From assembly GCA_963801695.1 (NCBI GenBank), contig CAWDFV010000001.1:206335-270334 (forward strand): a stretch of DNA of 64,000 nt, in the 5' to 3' direction. Both the position numbers and the translations under genes were made by a program. Each line of letters opens with the position of its first letter. Positions within the stretch are counted from its first letter, which is position 1. This stretch comes from an uncultured Acidimicrobiaceae bacterium (GTDB lineage Bacteria; Actinomycetota; Acidimicrobiia; Acidimicrobiales; RAAP-2). Shown here one piece after another: positions 10,230 through 22,104 of this stretch. Below the pieces are notes generated by a model. That model was not told the origin of the DNA, did not search any database, and saw nothing but the letters and a program-made list of their open reading frames with translations.

Positions 10230-10856
10230 CTAGTGCGTTCGTCGCGCCACGGCGGCACCGGACTTCGCGCCCTGGGCCACCATTCGCGCGACGGTCTCGA
10301 TGAAGGCCGGGGTGATCGCGAGGTGACCCTGCAGGAGTCGGTGATAGGCCGCGCCGTAGAGCAGGTCCATGATGACGTCGACGTCGGACTCGACCGGGAT
10401 CTCGCCGCGCTCGATCGCGCGCTCGACCATCGTGCGGTGTTGTGCGCGTACCGGCTTCATCACGCGTTCGATCCATCCCCGCGCTAACTCCTGGTCGAGC
10501 TGGGACTCGGCGATGAGCCCAACGAGCGCGCGCCCGGTCGGTGTCCCCACGACCGCGGCCGACCACAGTGTCAGGGCCTCGGCCAAATCCTCTTCGAGCG
10601 CGCCGGTATCAACACGGGGCTGCTGGGCGAGAAAGGAGTCCAGGAACGCGTCGAGTGCGAGCGTTCCCTTCGTCGGCCACCGCCGGTAGATCGAGGACTT
10701 GCCGACGCCCGCACGCGCGGCGACGTCTTCAATCGTCATCGCGTCGAGTCCCCGCTCGGCGAGCAGGGCCGACGCCGCGTGCAGTATCGCCCGATCGACC
10801 TGGTCACTGCGGGGACGCCCTCGCGTGGCGCCGGTCGTTGCACTTTCGTTTGACAT
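10230..10856 (-). CDS. TetR/AcrR family regulator
   Basis: RGRPRS; HTH TIEDVAARAGVGKSSIYRRWPTK. Confidence 0.92.
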   Translation of the reverse strand: MSNESATTGATRGRPRSDQVDRAILHAASALLAERGLDAMTIEDVAARAGVGKSSIYRRWPTKGTLALDAFLDSFLAQQPRVDTGALEEDLAEALTLWSAAVVGTPTGRALVGLIAESQLDQELARGWIERVMKPVRAQHRTMVERAIERGEIPVESDVDVIMDLLYGAAYHRLLQGHLAITPAFIETVARMVAQGAKSGAAVARRTH

Positions 10857-10876
10857 GGTCTCACCGTACCATATAG

Positions 10877-10896
10877 AATACGAGACGTACCGTATT
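10877..10896. promoter_or_regulatory. Imperfect palindrome, probable TetR operator
   Basis: AATACG-AG-ACGT-AC-CGTATT between the TetR gene and the divergent operon. Confidence 0.55.
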
Positions 10897-10924
10897 GATA
10901 AGAAATTGGTACCCGGAGGTCATC

Positions 10925-11146
10925 ATGAGCAGCATTGGATTTCAGCACATTTTCAAGTTCCCCCCTTACACCGAGAACACTGAATCGTGGCGGGCGATGA
11001 CGGGTGACTGGCCCGACGACCCGTGGTTCAGTCACGACCCACGACGAACGCCGTGGCGCAAGCGTCTGGCGCGTCGCGCCGGCACTCGTCACCACGCAAT
11101 TTCGAGTGCGAAACAGGAATCGAGTGCCACTGGATCAGCGCGGTGA
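10925..11146 (+). CDS. Small hypothetical protein (73 aa)
   Basis: GGAGGT just upstream of ATG; TGA overlaps the GTG of the next gene (GTGA). Confidence 0.55.
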   Translation: MSSIGFQHIFKFPPYTENTESWRAMTGDWPDDPWFSHDPRRTPWRKRLARRAGTRHHAISSAKQESSATGSAR

Positions 11147-12033
11147 GCCAGCACGCACCCGAACCGACGGTTGCGTTCCTCGGCACCGGCGCGATGGGTA
11201 CCCCGATGGCATCTCGCTTGATCGCGGCGGGACTGACGGTACGCGTGTGGAACCGTTCGAAGGATCGACTCGAGGGGCTCGTCGAACTCGGCGGCGTCGT
11301 CGCCCCGACGCCGGCGCGCGCGGTCCAGGGCGCCGACGTCGTCATCACGATGTTGCCCGACGGTCCCGCGACGCAGGACGTCATCATCGGGCCCGACGGC
11401 GCGATGTCGACCCTTACCCGTGGTGTCGTCTGGCTGCAGATGGGAACCATCGGCACGCAGTGGACCGAGCGACTGCGCGACGCAGTCGCTTCGACCGGAG
11501 CGCTGTTCGTCGACGCCCCCGTCTCAGGCAGCGTGCAGCCGGCGTCGACCGGCGCACTGCTCATCTTGGCGAGTGGACCGGACGACGCTCGACCGACCGC
11601 CCAGCGGATCTTTGATGTCCTGGGTCGCGAAACGTTCTGGCTGGGCGCCGCGGGCGCGGGAAGTCGCGCGAAGCTGGTCTTGAACAATTGGCTCGTCGAC
11701 CTCGTGGAGATGGTCGCCGAGACGCTGCAGGTCTCCGAGGCGTTGGGTTTGGACCCGACGGTCATCGTCGACATCCTTTCTGACGCACCGATCGGCTCCC
11801 CGTACGCGGTGGCGAAGGCGCGGTCCATGCTCGCCGGAGACTTCTCGTCGAACTTCGCGTTGAAGCACGCCTTCAAAGACGCGGGACTGGCCCTCGACGC
11901 CGCCCGCGACGTGAAGGTGGCGCTACCGCTGACCGAGAGTCTGATGTCGTCGTGGCAGCGCGCGGTCGACGACGGTGCCGGCGACCTCGACCTCTCGGTC
12001 GTCTATCGCTACCTCGCCGGCCAGCGTCAGTGA
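11143..12033 (+). CDS. NAD(P)-dependent beta-hydroxyacid dehydrogenase family oxidoreductase
   Basis: VAFLGTGAMG Rossmann motif, FVDAPVSGS, catalytic AKLVLNN, F.L....KD. Confidence 0.9.
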   Translation: MSQHAPEPTVAFLGTGAMGTPMASRLIAAGLTVRVWNRSKDRLEGLVELGGVVAPTPARAVQGADVVITMLPDGPATQDVIIGPDGAMSTLTRGVVWLQMGTIGTQWTERLRDAVASTGALFVDAPVSGSVQPASTGALLILASGPDDARPTAQRIFDVLGRETFWLGAAGAGSRAKLVLNNWLVDLVEMVAETLQVSEALGLDPTVIVDILSDAPIGSPYAVAKARSMLAGDFSSNFALKHAFKDAGLALDAARDVKVALPLTESLMSSWQRAVDDGAGDLDLSVVYRYLAGQRQ

Positions 12034-12061
12034 CACGAGTGGTTGCCGCTCCGATACGATA

Positions 12062-12077
12062 GTTGTGTTATCACAAC
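12062..12077. promoter_or_regulatory. Palindrome upstream of MFS-marR operon, probable MarR operator
   Basis: GTTGTG-TTAT-CACAAC. Confidence 0.55.
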
Positions 12078-12100
12078 ATAAGTATCTGAAAGGCGGCGGT

Positions 12101-13525
12101 TTGCCTGATTTGAGTGCCCAGCGACAGCGACTCGTCCTCGTCATCTGCTGCATGAGCCTGTTCATCGTGGGCGTCGACGTGACCATCGTCAACGTGGCGT
12201 TGCCGTCGATCCAGCACAGCTTTCACGCGACCGTCTCTGACCTGCAGTGGACCATCGACGCGTACTCACTCGTCATCGCCTGTCTCTTGATGCTCTCGGG
12301 CTCACTCGCCGACCGCTTCGGTCGACGACGAGTCTTCCACATCGGCCTGACGATCTTCTCGCTCGGTTCGCTGCTCTGCAGCGTCGCGCCGGGACTCGGA
12401 TGGCTCGTCGCCTTTCGCGCAATGCAAGCGGTCGGCGGCTCGATGCTCAACCCCGTCGCGCTCTCGATCATCTTCAACACGTTCCCCGACCCCAAGTCGC
12501 GCGCGCGCGCGATGGGTGTGTGGGGCTCGGTCTTTGGTCTCAGCCTCGCCCTCGGACCGGTCCTGGGTGGCGTCCTCGTCTCGGGCATCGGCTGGCGCGC
12601 GATCTTCTGGATCAACGTGCCGGTGGGCATCGCGGCGATCGTGCTGACGGGACTCTTCGTCCCGGAGTCGAAGGCGCAGCGCGCTCGCCGACTCGATCCT
12701 CCGGGCCAGGGACTCGTCATTGTGGCGTTGGCCTCGCTCACCTACGCGATCATTGAGGGCCCTCGACGGGGGTGGCACTCCCCACTGATAGTGGGCCTCT
12801 TCGTCGTGAGTGCGGTGGCGTTCGCGTTGCTGACGCGCGTCGAACTGCGACGCAACGAACCATTGATCGATCCGCGGTTCTTCCGGAGCCCACCATTCTC
12901 GGGCGCGAGTCTTATCGCCTTGACCGCATTCGCGGCGCTCGGTGGATTCCTCTTCCTCAACACGCTCTATCTCCAAGACATCCGTCACTACAGCGCGCTC
13001 GAATCAGGTCTTCTGTTGCTCCCGATGGCCGCGATGCTCTTCGTCTTCGCCCGCGTCTCGGGGCACCTCGTCGGGACTCGGGGTCCGCGTTTGCCGTTGG
13101 TACTGTCCGGACCACCCTTGGCGATCGGCGCGCTCATGCTCGCGCAACTGTCGACGACTACGTCGCTGGCGTATTTGATCGCCGCCTACGTCGTCTTCGG
13201 CGTCGGCTGCGGTCTGGTCAACGCGCCAATCAGCACGACGGCGATGTCGGGTATGCCGCTCGACCAAGCCGGCGTCGCCGGCGCGGTTGCCTCCACGAGC
13301 CGCCAGGTCGGTTCGTCGCTCGGCGTCGCCGTGACCGGTTCGATCGTGGCCCTCGGCACGGGCGCGACCTTCGTGGGCGCGAGCCACGCCGCGTGGTACG
13401 TGCTCGCTGTCTGCGGGGCGGCGGTCTGTGTCTTGGGCTTCGTCTCGACCGGCGAGTGGGCGCGCACGACCGCGACGCGCAACGGCGAACGACTCCAGGA
13501 GCGTGCGAAGGAGATGGCCCGATGA
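12101..13525 (+). CDS. DHA2 (EmrB/QacA) MFS efflux transporter
   Basis: DVTIVNVALPSI, GSLADRFGRRR, WRAIFWINVPVG; TTG start inferred. Confidence 0.9.
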   Translation: MPDLSAQRQRLVLVICCMSLFIVGVDVTIVNVALPSIQHSFHATVSDLQWTIDAYSLVIACLLMLSGSLADRFGRRRVFHIGLTIFSLGSLLCSVAPGLGWLVAFRAMQAVGGSMLNPVALSIIFNTFPDPKSRARAMGVWGSVFGLSLALGPVLGGVLVSGIGWRAIFWINVPVGIAAIVLTGLFVPESKAQRARRLDPPGQGLVIVALASLTYAIIEGPRRGWHSPLIVGLFVVSAVAFALLTRVELRRNEPLIDPRFFRSPPFSGASLIALTAFAALGGFLFLNTLYLQDIRHYSALESGLLLLPMAAMLFVFARVSGHLVGTRGPRLPLVLSGPPLAIGALMLAQLSTTTSLAYLIAAYVVFGVGCGLVNAPISTTAMSGMPLDQAGVAGAVASTSRQVGSSLGVAVTGSIVALGTGATFVGASHAAWYVLAVCGAAVCVLGFVSTGEWARTTATRNGERLQERAKEMAR

Positions 13526-13956
13526 GTGAGACGAGTCAACCGAACGACCAAGCCGTTCGTGTCTGGTCGGCGCTGTACGCCTACGTCAACGCCCAGGACC
13601 GTCGCCGCGAGTTGCAGGCCATGCTCGGTCTCGGCGGCTTCGGCGGTGTCAAGGTGTTGTTGCAACTCGAGCACGGCCCTATGACGCTGCGCGAGATCGC
13701 CGACGCGAACGGACTCGACGCGCCCTACGCCACGGTCATCTGCGACAAGCTCGTCGAGAAGGGACTCGTGATGCGCACCGCGCACCCCGATGACAACCGC
13801 CGCAAACTCGTCACGCTCACCGACGCCGGTCGTGCCACGGCGCGACGCGCGAGTCAGATCCTTGGCGAACCGCCAGCGAGCCTGGCGGCGCTCTCACCGG
13901 CGGACCTGTCCACGTTCGATGAACTCCTGACTCGCCTGCAAGGCCCGCGGGACTGA
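13522..13956 (+). CDS. MarR family regulator
   Basis: GPMTLREIA...LVEKGLVMRTAHPDDNRRKLVTLTDAG; ATGA overlap with the MFS stop. Confidence 0.9.
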   Translation: MSETSQPNDQAVRVWSALYAYVNAQDRRRELQAMLGLGGFGGVKVLLQLEHGPMTLREIADANGLDAPYATVICDKLVEKGLVMRTAHPDDNRRKLVTLTDAGRATARRASQILGEPPASLAALSPADLSTFDELLTRLQGPRD

Positions 13957-13963
13957 AGACGAA

Positions 13964-14497
13964 TCAGCCGTCGAGTATCTCCGTGAGGTACTCGGCGAAC
14001 GGTTCGTACATCCAGGAACCGTCGTAGCGCACGCCGTTGACGAAGAACGTCGGCGTCCCGTTGGCACCGCTTCGAATCGCGCCCTCGAAATCGGCCTCGA
14101 CACGCTTCTCCGGACCGCCCCCGGCGATGTCACTCACCGCCTTGTCGACATCGGCACCGACGGCCTGGGCGTACTTGCGCAGCGCGCCGTCACTGAGGTC
14201 GCGCTGGTTCTCGTAGAGCGCGTCGTGGATCTCCCAGAACTTGCCCTGCAGCGCGACGGCCTCGGCCATCTCCGCGGCCGCGACGGCGTGGGGGTGCACG
14301 TCACCCAACGGGAAGTTGCGAAAGACGAAGCGCATCGAGCCGGCGAACTGCTTGCGCAACTTCTCGACGATCGGGAAGGCCTGTCCGCAGTAGGGGCACT
14401 GGTAGTCGCCGTACTCCACGACCGTGAGCTTCGCGTCCTCCGGGCCGCTCGAGTGGTCATCCGGTCCTACCGGAATCGAAAGGTCCTCTTCACTCAT
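13964..14497 (-). CDS. DsbA-family thioredoxin-fold protein
   Basis: EYGDYQCPYC, FRNFPL, GTPTFFVNG; no signal peptide. Confidence 0.9.
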   Translation of the reverse strand: MSEEDLSIPVGPDDHSSGPEDAKLTVVEYGDYQCPYCGQAFPIVEKLRKQFAGSMRFVFRNFPLGDVHPHAVAAAEMAEAVALQGKFWEIHDALYENQRDLSDGALRKYAQAVGADVDKAVSDIAGGGPEKRVEADFEGAIRSGANGTPTFFVNGVRYDGSWMYEPFAEYLTEILDG

Positions 14498-14949
14498 GCC
14501 AATGCCTCCACCGCTCGAAGCGCGCCGTCCGCGCCGGGATTGACGCCAACGGGCGATACCTCACTCCACGCGACCTTGCCATCGCTGTCGATGACGAACA
14601 GTGCTCGCTCCGAGGTGTCGTCGTCGTCGCGGTACACGCCGTACGCCTTGGCGACCCCACCCTTCGGATTGCAGTCCGCGAGCAGTGGAAACGCGAGGTT
14701 GCGCTGCTCCTTGAAGACCTCGTGACACCACGGACCGTCGACGGAGATGCCCAACAGCTGCGCACCGCGATCATGGAACAACTTGCTCGCGGCGCTGAAC
14801 ACCGAGAGCTCATCGCTGCACACCGGGCTCCAGTCGGCCGGATAGAAAATCAGCACGACCGGGCCCTTGAACTCCGACAGGGCGACCTTTTGATCGGGCG
14901 TCGCGAGCAACCCGAAGTCCGGCGCGACGGCACCAGTTTCCAACGCCAT
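14494..14949 (-). CDS. AhpC/TSA peroxiredoxin (AhpE-like)
   Basis: APDF, FYPADWSPVCSDE, GISVD, FPLLAD, ERALFVID. Confidence 0.88.
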   Translation of the reverse strand: MALETGAVAPDFGLLATPDQKVALSEFKGPVVLIFYPADWSPVCSDELSVFSAASKLFHDRGAQLLGISVDGPWCHEVFKEQRNLAFPLLADCNPKGGVAKAYGVYRDDDDTSERALFVIDSDGKVAWSEVSPVGVNPGADGALRAVEALA

Positions 14950-15131
14950 GCGTTCCCCCTTCGTCCATGGTCTCGAGACGCTTCAAAGAATTGAAGGGGA
15001 GTATACGACGACGGTTTTCAATCGGCATCGGTGATGAAGCCGGGCATCGCCGCTCGGGGCACGTGCTGTCGGCGCCAACCGGCGTACAGTCGCACGACGC
15101 CAGATGCGGGGTTTTACCCCACTTACCAGGA

Positions 15132-15158
15132 TTAGCACTCTACTGTCGAGAGTGCCAG
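15132..15158 (+). promoter_or_regulatory. CIRCE element (HrcA operator)
   Basis: TTAGCACTC-N9-GAGTGCCAG versus consensus TTAGCACTC-N9-GAGTGCTAA. Confidence 0.85.
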
Positions 15159-15303
15159 ACTTTGAACGATTCCCTATATGCTCGACGTCTCGAACTTTTG
15201 TTCGGCTTGCTGCTCGGACCATTTCAGAGCCCGGGTTGGAAGGGATTCGCTTGAAGTTCTCTCAGTAATTCAGGTGGATTCGCTCAGCTGAAAGGGAATT
15301 GCA

Positions 15304-17644
<2,341 letters not shown>

Positions 17645-17647
17645 TCG

Positions 17648-18205
17648 TTACTCGCTCACGAGCCGTTGTAACTGCGTCGCCACGGCGTCCAAAGGGGCGC
17701 GCCCACCTTCTGCGCGACAGAGGATGAGCGCCCCCTCGACGGCCGCGACGGCGACCGTGGCGACGCCGGTCGCACGATCGAGTTCCATTCCGACGTTCAC
17801 GAGTTGCTCGGCCAAGAGCGTCACCCACGAATGAAACGCGGCGCGCGCCTCACCCAGAAGCTCCTCGTCGCTCGCCGGGACGTCGATCGTGACCCCGGCG
17901 ACCGCACAGCCGGCCGCGCCGTCGCTCGCCTCCACGACGTGTTGGAACAACGCGACGAAATGGTGGAGTACCTCGCTGGCCGAGGAACCGGCGTTGGCCG
18001 TCATGTGCGCCATCACTTGTTCTGACGTCAGTCGAATGGCGTCCTTGGCCAGTTCTCGCTTGCCGCCGGGGAAGTGAAAGTAGATGGAACCCCGAGGGGC
18101 GCCACTATCGGCGAGCACCTCAGAGAACGACGTCGCGTTCATTCCCTGGGCGCCGATCAAAGACGCGGCGCTCTGCACCATCTTCTTTCGGCTGTCGCTA
18201 GTCAC
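17648..18205 (-). CDS. TetR family regulator (LmrA/YxaF-like)
   Basis: ATSFSEVLADSGAPRGSIYFHFPGGK, GCAV, VEGALIL; GTG 18205 start inferred. Confidence 0.88.
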   Translation of the reverse strand: MTSDSRKKMVQSAASLIGAQGMNATSFSEVLADSGAPRGSIYFHFPGGKRELAKDAIRLTSEQVMAHMTANAGSSASEVLHHFVALFQHVVEASDGAAGCAVAGVTIDVPASDEELLGEARAAFHSWVTLLAEQLVNVGMELDRATGVATVAVAAVEGALILCRAEGGRAPLDAVATQLQRLVSE

Positions 18206-18219
18206 ACTCTCCCCATTGA

Positions 18220-18274
18220 CTATGACGAGCGTCATAGGTTACGCTTTGCCCGCTGACTATGACAGACATCATAT
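18220..18274. promoter_or_regulatory. Two tandem TetR operator boxes
   Basis: Perfect CTATGACG-AG-CGTCATAG (18220-18237) and degenerate CTATGACAGACATCATAT (18257-18274). Confidence 0.75.
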
Positions 18275-18293
18275 TGAACCGAGGACTCCAGCT

Positions 18294-18719
18294 ATGCCAA
18301 TGATCGACGTGTATTCCACCGACGGGACCTTCTCCGACAAGCACTCTCTCGCCAAAGACCTCGCGAACGCCGTGATGCGTTGGGAGAAGGTTCCACCCAT
18401 CTCGCTCTTCGAGAACAACACCGCGGCCTTCATCCACGACCTGCCCGACGGCGCCATCTCAAACGCAGCTGGTAATTCCAACTACGTGCGCGTGCAGGTG
18501 CTCACGCCAATCGGTGTACTGGACCGCGACAAGCAGTTGGGCGTGGTTCGCGAGCTGACCGACATCGTCGCCGCCGCGGCGAACGATGCGAGCTTGGTCG
18601 ACCGGACCTGGGTCCTCATCACTGAATCACCCGAAGGCGGGTGGGGCATCAACGGACACGCAAACACGAGTGCCGACATCGTGCAAGCCGCGCGCGACGA
18701 GTTGGCGAAGAAGGCGTAG
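18294..18719 (+). CDS. Tautomerase-family protein
   Basis: N-terminal catalytic Pro (MPMIDV), TWVLITESPEGGWGING; RBS GAGGA. Confidence 0.85.
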   Translation: MPMIDVYSTDGTFSDKHSLAKDLANAVMRWEKVPPISLFENNTAAFIHDLPDGAISNAAGNSNYVRVQVLTPIGVLDRDKQLGVVRELTDIVAAAANDASLVDRTWVLITESPEGGWGINGHANTSADIVQAARDELAKKA

Positions 18720-18743
18720 TAGTCACGTTTTCGAAAAAACGTC

Positions 18744-19415
18744 TCACGCTGTCAGGTCCTTGTCTTGCATCTCCCACGTGTGATCCATCACGTGAAACGC
18801 GGTGTGTCGGATCAAATAGCGCAAGGGCCATGATCGAGCCTTCGAGCCTTCGGCGTGGTGTCGCCGAATCGCCGCGCAGTAGGCGTCACGGTACTTCTTC
18901 AATTCTTTGGGGTCCGTGATCACTTCATCGGGCATCGGCATCCCGAGTTTCTTGGCAAAGTCAAGCTCCGCGCCCAAGGTGTGACGAACGATACGGTCAC
19001 GATCGCGTCCTCCGCCACGCGGCCCCTTTCGCATCTCCGCTGACACTCGAGATCGCACCTGGTCGAAGTAGGTCCAACACGCGCGCATGAGCGACAGTTC
19101 ACGTTCCAATTCATCACTGGACATGGCGCGCTGATCGAAGGTCGAAAACGCGAACGAGATACCCCAGAAGTCCGTCGAACCCGTTCCCGGATACCGCTCG
19201 ATCACCTTCACCGTGTTGACGCCGGCGAGCTCCGCTTCTCGCTTGGCCAGCTTGGCCACCTTCATATAGCGAGGTACGTACGCCAACACCCGCGCGACGG
19301 CTTCTTCCGGGGTCTTCGCGCCGCGCTGGAGTCCGGGCCAGTCACGCGCGACGGCCACGAATTTTTTCTCCTTGGGTCCGACTTCCACCACCACCAGAAG
19401 TTCATTCACGACCAC
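18744..19415 (-). CDS. Conserved hypothetical protein with DinB-like His motifs
   Basis: DWPGLQRGAKTPEEA at the N-terminus; IVRH and RHTAFHVMDH at the C-terminus. Confidence 0.65.
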   Translation of the reverse strand: MVVNELLVVVEVGPKEKKFVAVARDWPGLQRGAKTPEEAVARVLAYVPRYMKVAKLAKREAELAGVNTVKVIERYPGTGSTDFWGISFAFSTFDQRAMSSDELERELSLMRACWTYFDQVRSRVSAEMRKGPRGGGRDRDRIVRHTLGAELDFAKKLGMPMPDEVITDPKELKKYRDAYCAAIRRHHAEGSKARSWPLRYLIRHTAFHVMDHTWEMQDKDLTA

Positions 19416-19540
19416 ATGCCTAATCCGTGCGTGTCACGCGCCACAGCATCAAGATTTCTTCATTGCAGTACCTGAGCCGAGGCGAGAGTCGGCGCGTCCC
19501 TCGTGACGATGAAGTTCACGCCCCTCGAACCCGATGACGC

Positions 19541-20191
19541 CTACGGTGCGTCGAACGTGAGATCCTGTCGAACCGTCTTGCCCGCCGGCACGTCCACCGT
19601 GATGGGACCAACCTTGTTGTTGACGGCGAGGACGCCGGTGATCGTGTACTTCCCGGCCGGCACCTTCACGTGGAGGAACTGACCCTCGGTCAGTTCCATC
19701 TTGTAGACAATGACGGTCCCCGCCGAGTTCGTGACCGTGATCCATCCGGGACTCGACTCCTCGACCTCGTCCTTGCAGTTGGGCGCCGATCGGAAAAGGA
19801 ACGGTCCACCTTCGAAGAACAGACCGGAGATCAACTCGGTCGGTCCCGACTTGACGATCGGTTCCCCCGCTGGTGGTCCGTTGTCGGCGGCGCCCGAACA
19901 AAGTGGATTGACCGTGAGCGTGACCACCTTGGTGACATGTCCGGGTCGTACGTTTTGCGTGCGGACCGTCTGAATCTGCGGCATCTGGAGCTTCGCGCCG
20001 ACGAGCCGCACGTCGCAGCCGGAAGCTTTGGCGTGACGTCGCGCGACCGTGACCGTCAAACCGGTGAGTCGCGGCGCGTGACATGTCGACGGCGTCGAGG
20101 CCGCAGCGACAGTCGTCGTCGCCGAGAAAGTTAGTGGCATGACGGTGACGATCAGGGTCGTCACCGCGCCGACTCGAAGGAATCGCCTCAC
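19541..20191 (-). CDS. Secreted hypothetical protein with PASTA-like and Ig-like segments
   Basis: Signal peptide, CHAPRLTGLTV..AR...GC, C-terminal VPAGKYTITG; start inferred. Confidence 0.55.
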   Translation of the reverse strand: MRRFLRVGAVTTLIVTVMPLTFSATTTVAAASTPSTCHAPRLTGLTVTVARRHAKASGCDVRLVGAKLQMPQIQTVRTQNVRPGHVTKVVTLTVNPLCSGAADNGPPAGEPIVKSGPTELISGLFFEGGPFLFRSAPNCKDEVEESSPGWITVTNSAGTVIVYKMELTEGQFLHVKVPAGKYTITGVLAVNNKVGPITVDVPAGKTVRQDLTFDAP

Positions 20192-20217
20192 GCACTCACG
20201 GTATCGGTCGGTGACCG

Positions 20218-21099
20218 CTAGTTCACGGCGTGCTGCGCGTGGGTCGTGATCTCCTCGACCAACTGATCCCAATAGAACGGACTCAGGTCATGGCCCATGC
20301 CCTCGAGCACGACGAAACGAGCGCCCGGGACGCTCTCGGCCGTTCGCACGCCGCCACTGATGTCAATCAATTTGTCCACGTCACCGTGCATCACCAAGGT
20401 CGGCACGGTGACCTCGCGCAGTTGACTCGTCCGACTTCCCGACGCCGCAGCCGCGCACAGTTGTCGCGCCACGCCGGCGAGGTTGAAGCAACGGTCGTAG
20501 GCGTCGCCCGTCTGTTTGGCCACCCGCTCGGGGTCGAAGTGCGTGCGACTGCCGATGACGCGTTCCAGATCGATCCGCCGCTTGATGATCGCTTCGCGAT
20601 CGATGTCGCTGGGTCCAAGAATGATGTCCAACGCCTCGGCCGACGGCTGTCCCACGTCGGGGTCGCCCGTCGTCGACATGTTCGACGTCATCGAGAGCAA
20701 GCGATCCGGACGGTCGATGGCGAGTTGTTGCGCGATCATCCCGCCGATCGACCAACCGGCGACGTTCGCGCGTTCGATGCCGAGTGCGTCGAGCACCGCG
20801 ACCGCGTCGTCAGCCATGTCGGCCAATCGATAGGCGACCTTTGGTTCGACGCCATCTTTCACCGCCTCGAGCACCGAGAAGAGATCCGGCAACACCAAGT
20901 TGAACTTGGTCGACAGTCCCACGTCGCGGTTGTCGAATCGGATGACGAAGAAACCCCGCGCGACGAACATCTCGCAGAATTCGACGTCGAAGTTGATGCA
21001 CTGACTTCCGAGGCCGTTGATGAGCAACAGCGCCGGGTTCGAGGCGTCGCCGAAGGTCTCGTAGTAGATCTCAACCGATCCGTTGTGCGCGAAGGCCAC
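20218..21099 (-). CDS. Alpha/beta hydrolase
   Basis: RFDNRDVGLS, nucleophile GWSIGG, HGDVD, GMGHDL. Confidence 0.92.
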   Translation of the reverse strand: MAFAHNGSVEIYYETFGDASNPALLLINGLGSQCINFDVEFCEMFVARGFFVIRFDNRDVGLSTKFNLVLPDLFSVLEAVKDGVEPKVAYRLADMADDAVAVLDALGIERANVAGWSIGGMIAQQLAIDRPDRLLSMTSNMSTTGDPDVGQPSAEALDIILGPSDIDREAIIKRRIDLERVIGSRTHFDPERVAKQTGDAYDRCFNLAGVARQLCAAAASGSRTSQLREVTVPTLVMHGDVDKLIDISGGVRTAESVPGARFVVLEGMGHDLSPFYWDQLVEEITTHAQHAVN

Positions 21100-21178
21100 T
21101 GTGCTGCTCCGTAGAACTACTGCCCGAGACGACGACCCAAGTGTACGAGTCGGCCACAGCGACTTCGGTTCGGCCGCG

Positions 21179-21664
21179 TCACTCCAGCAGTGCGTCGATC
21201 TGACCCAGTGCTTGCTGCATGCCTTCGGACATCCCCCGATCGAGCATCGCCCTCATGTGCTCCTCGTCGTCGAACGTGCTCAACACGGTCATGCGGGTTC
21301 CTCCGTCGATCGCCTCCAGCGTCACGAAGCCGCCCATCGGCGCGACGTCGTCCATCGGTTCACCGTCGTCGCCCGCGAGACCGTTCGCGAACTCGAGCCG
21401 TCGCGGCTCGTCGATGACCCGCATCTGCCAGTAGCCCCTCGACTTTTCGTCGTCCGGTCCCGTCATGTAGTACCGCGACTCGCCCCCGACGACGAAGTCG
21501 TGTCGGGTGAAGGTGGCCGGCCACGTCGGTGGTCCCCACCATCGTTCGAGCAGGCGGGGATTCTCCCAGACCTCCCAGACCCGCTCGGGGCTCGCTGAGA
21601 ACTGCGCCGTGACCATGAGGGTCAACGCCGCAGGGTCCGTGATCGTATCGATGACTGTCATCAT
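21179..21664 (-). CDS. SRPBCC/AHSA1 domain protein
   Basis: ERVWEVWENP..LERWWGP, YYMTGPD; coupled to ArsR. Confidence 0.88.
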   Translation of the reverse strand: MMTVIDTITDPAALTLMVTAQFSASPERVWEVWENPRLLERWWGPPTWPATFTRHDFVVGGESRYYMTGPDDEKSRGYWQMRVIDEPRRLEFANGLAGDDGEPMDDVAPMGGFVTLEAIDGGTRMTVLSTFDDEEHMRAMLDRGMSEGMQQALGQIDALLE

Positions 21665-22002
21665 TCATTTCCTTTCTCACCGAGGATCTCGGCGATCCTC
21701 GTAGCTCTGCCAATCCAGATCTCTTCAAAGGCCTCGAGCAGGGCCGTCACCGGACGAAGCGTCGGCACGTTGCCGTGCACGATCTGTTCGCGGCCGTGGC
21801 GCTCCTTGGTGACCAGCGCCGCTCGTTCCAGCACGCTCACGTGCTTTTGCACGGCGGCGAAGCTCATCTCGTAGTCGTGGGCCAATGTCGACACCGAGAG
21901 GCCCTCACCGATCACTCGTTCGAAGATGTCACGCCGGGTCGCGTCGGCGAGGGCCCGAAAGACCCGGTCCACTTCGCGACTTGTTCGTTCACGTACAACC
22001 AT
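21661..22002 (-). CDS. ArsR/SmtB family regulator
   Basis: FRALADATRRDI...MSFAAVQKHVSVLERAALV...GR. Confidence 0.9.
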   Translation of the reverse strand: MVVRERTSREVDRVFRALADATRRDIFERVIGEGLSVSTLAHDYEMSFAAVQKHVSVLERAALVTKERHGREQIVHGNVPTLRPVTALLEAFEEIWIGRATRIAEILGEKGNE

Positions 22003-22012
22003 ATGGTTGTAC
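21993..22012. promoter_or_regulatory. Perfect 20-bp palindrome over the ArsR start codon (autoregulatory operator)
   Basis: GTACAACCATATGGTTGTAC. Confidence 0.8.
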
Positions 22013-22104
22013 AATATCGAGTGCGAACCGGCGACGCAAGTGCCGTTGCCAAAATGTTCTTGGTGCCCTTTGCAAGAGGCGATCGCAGTTATATAGTGCC
22101 GCCA

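Noticed and set aside
15250-15275. HAIR (HspR) motif before lon
   Set aside because: CTTGAAG...ATTCAGG does not fit the CTTGAGT-N7-ACTCAAG spacing or sequence.
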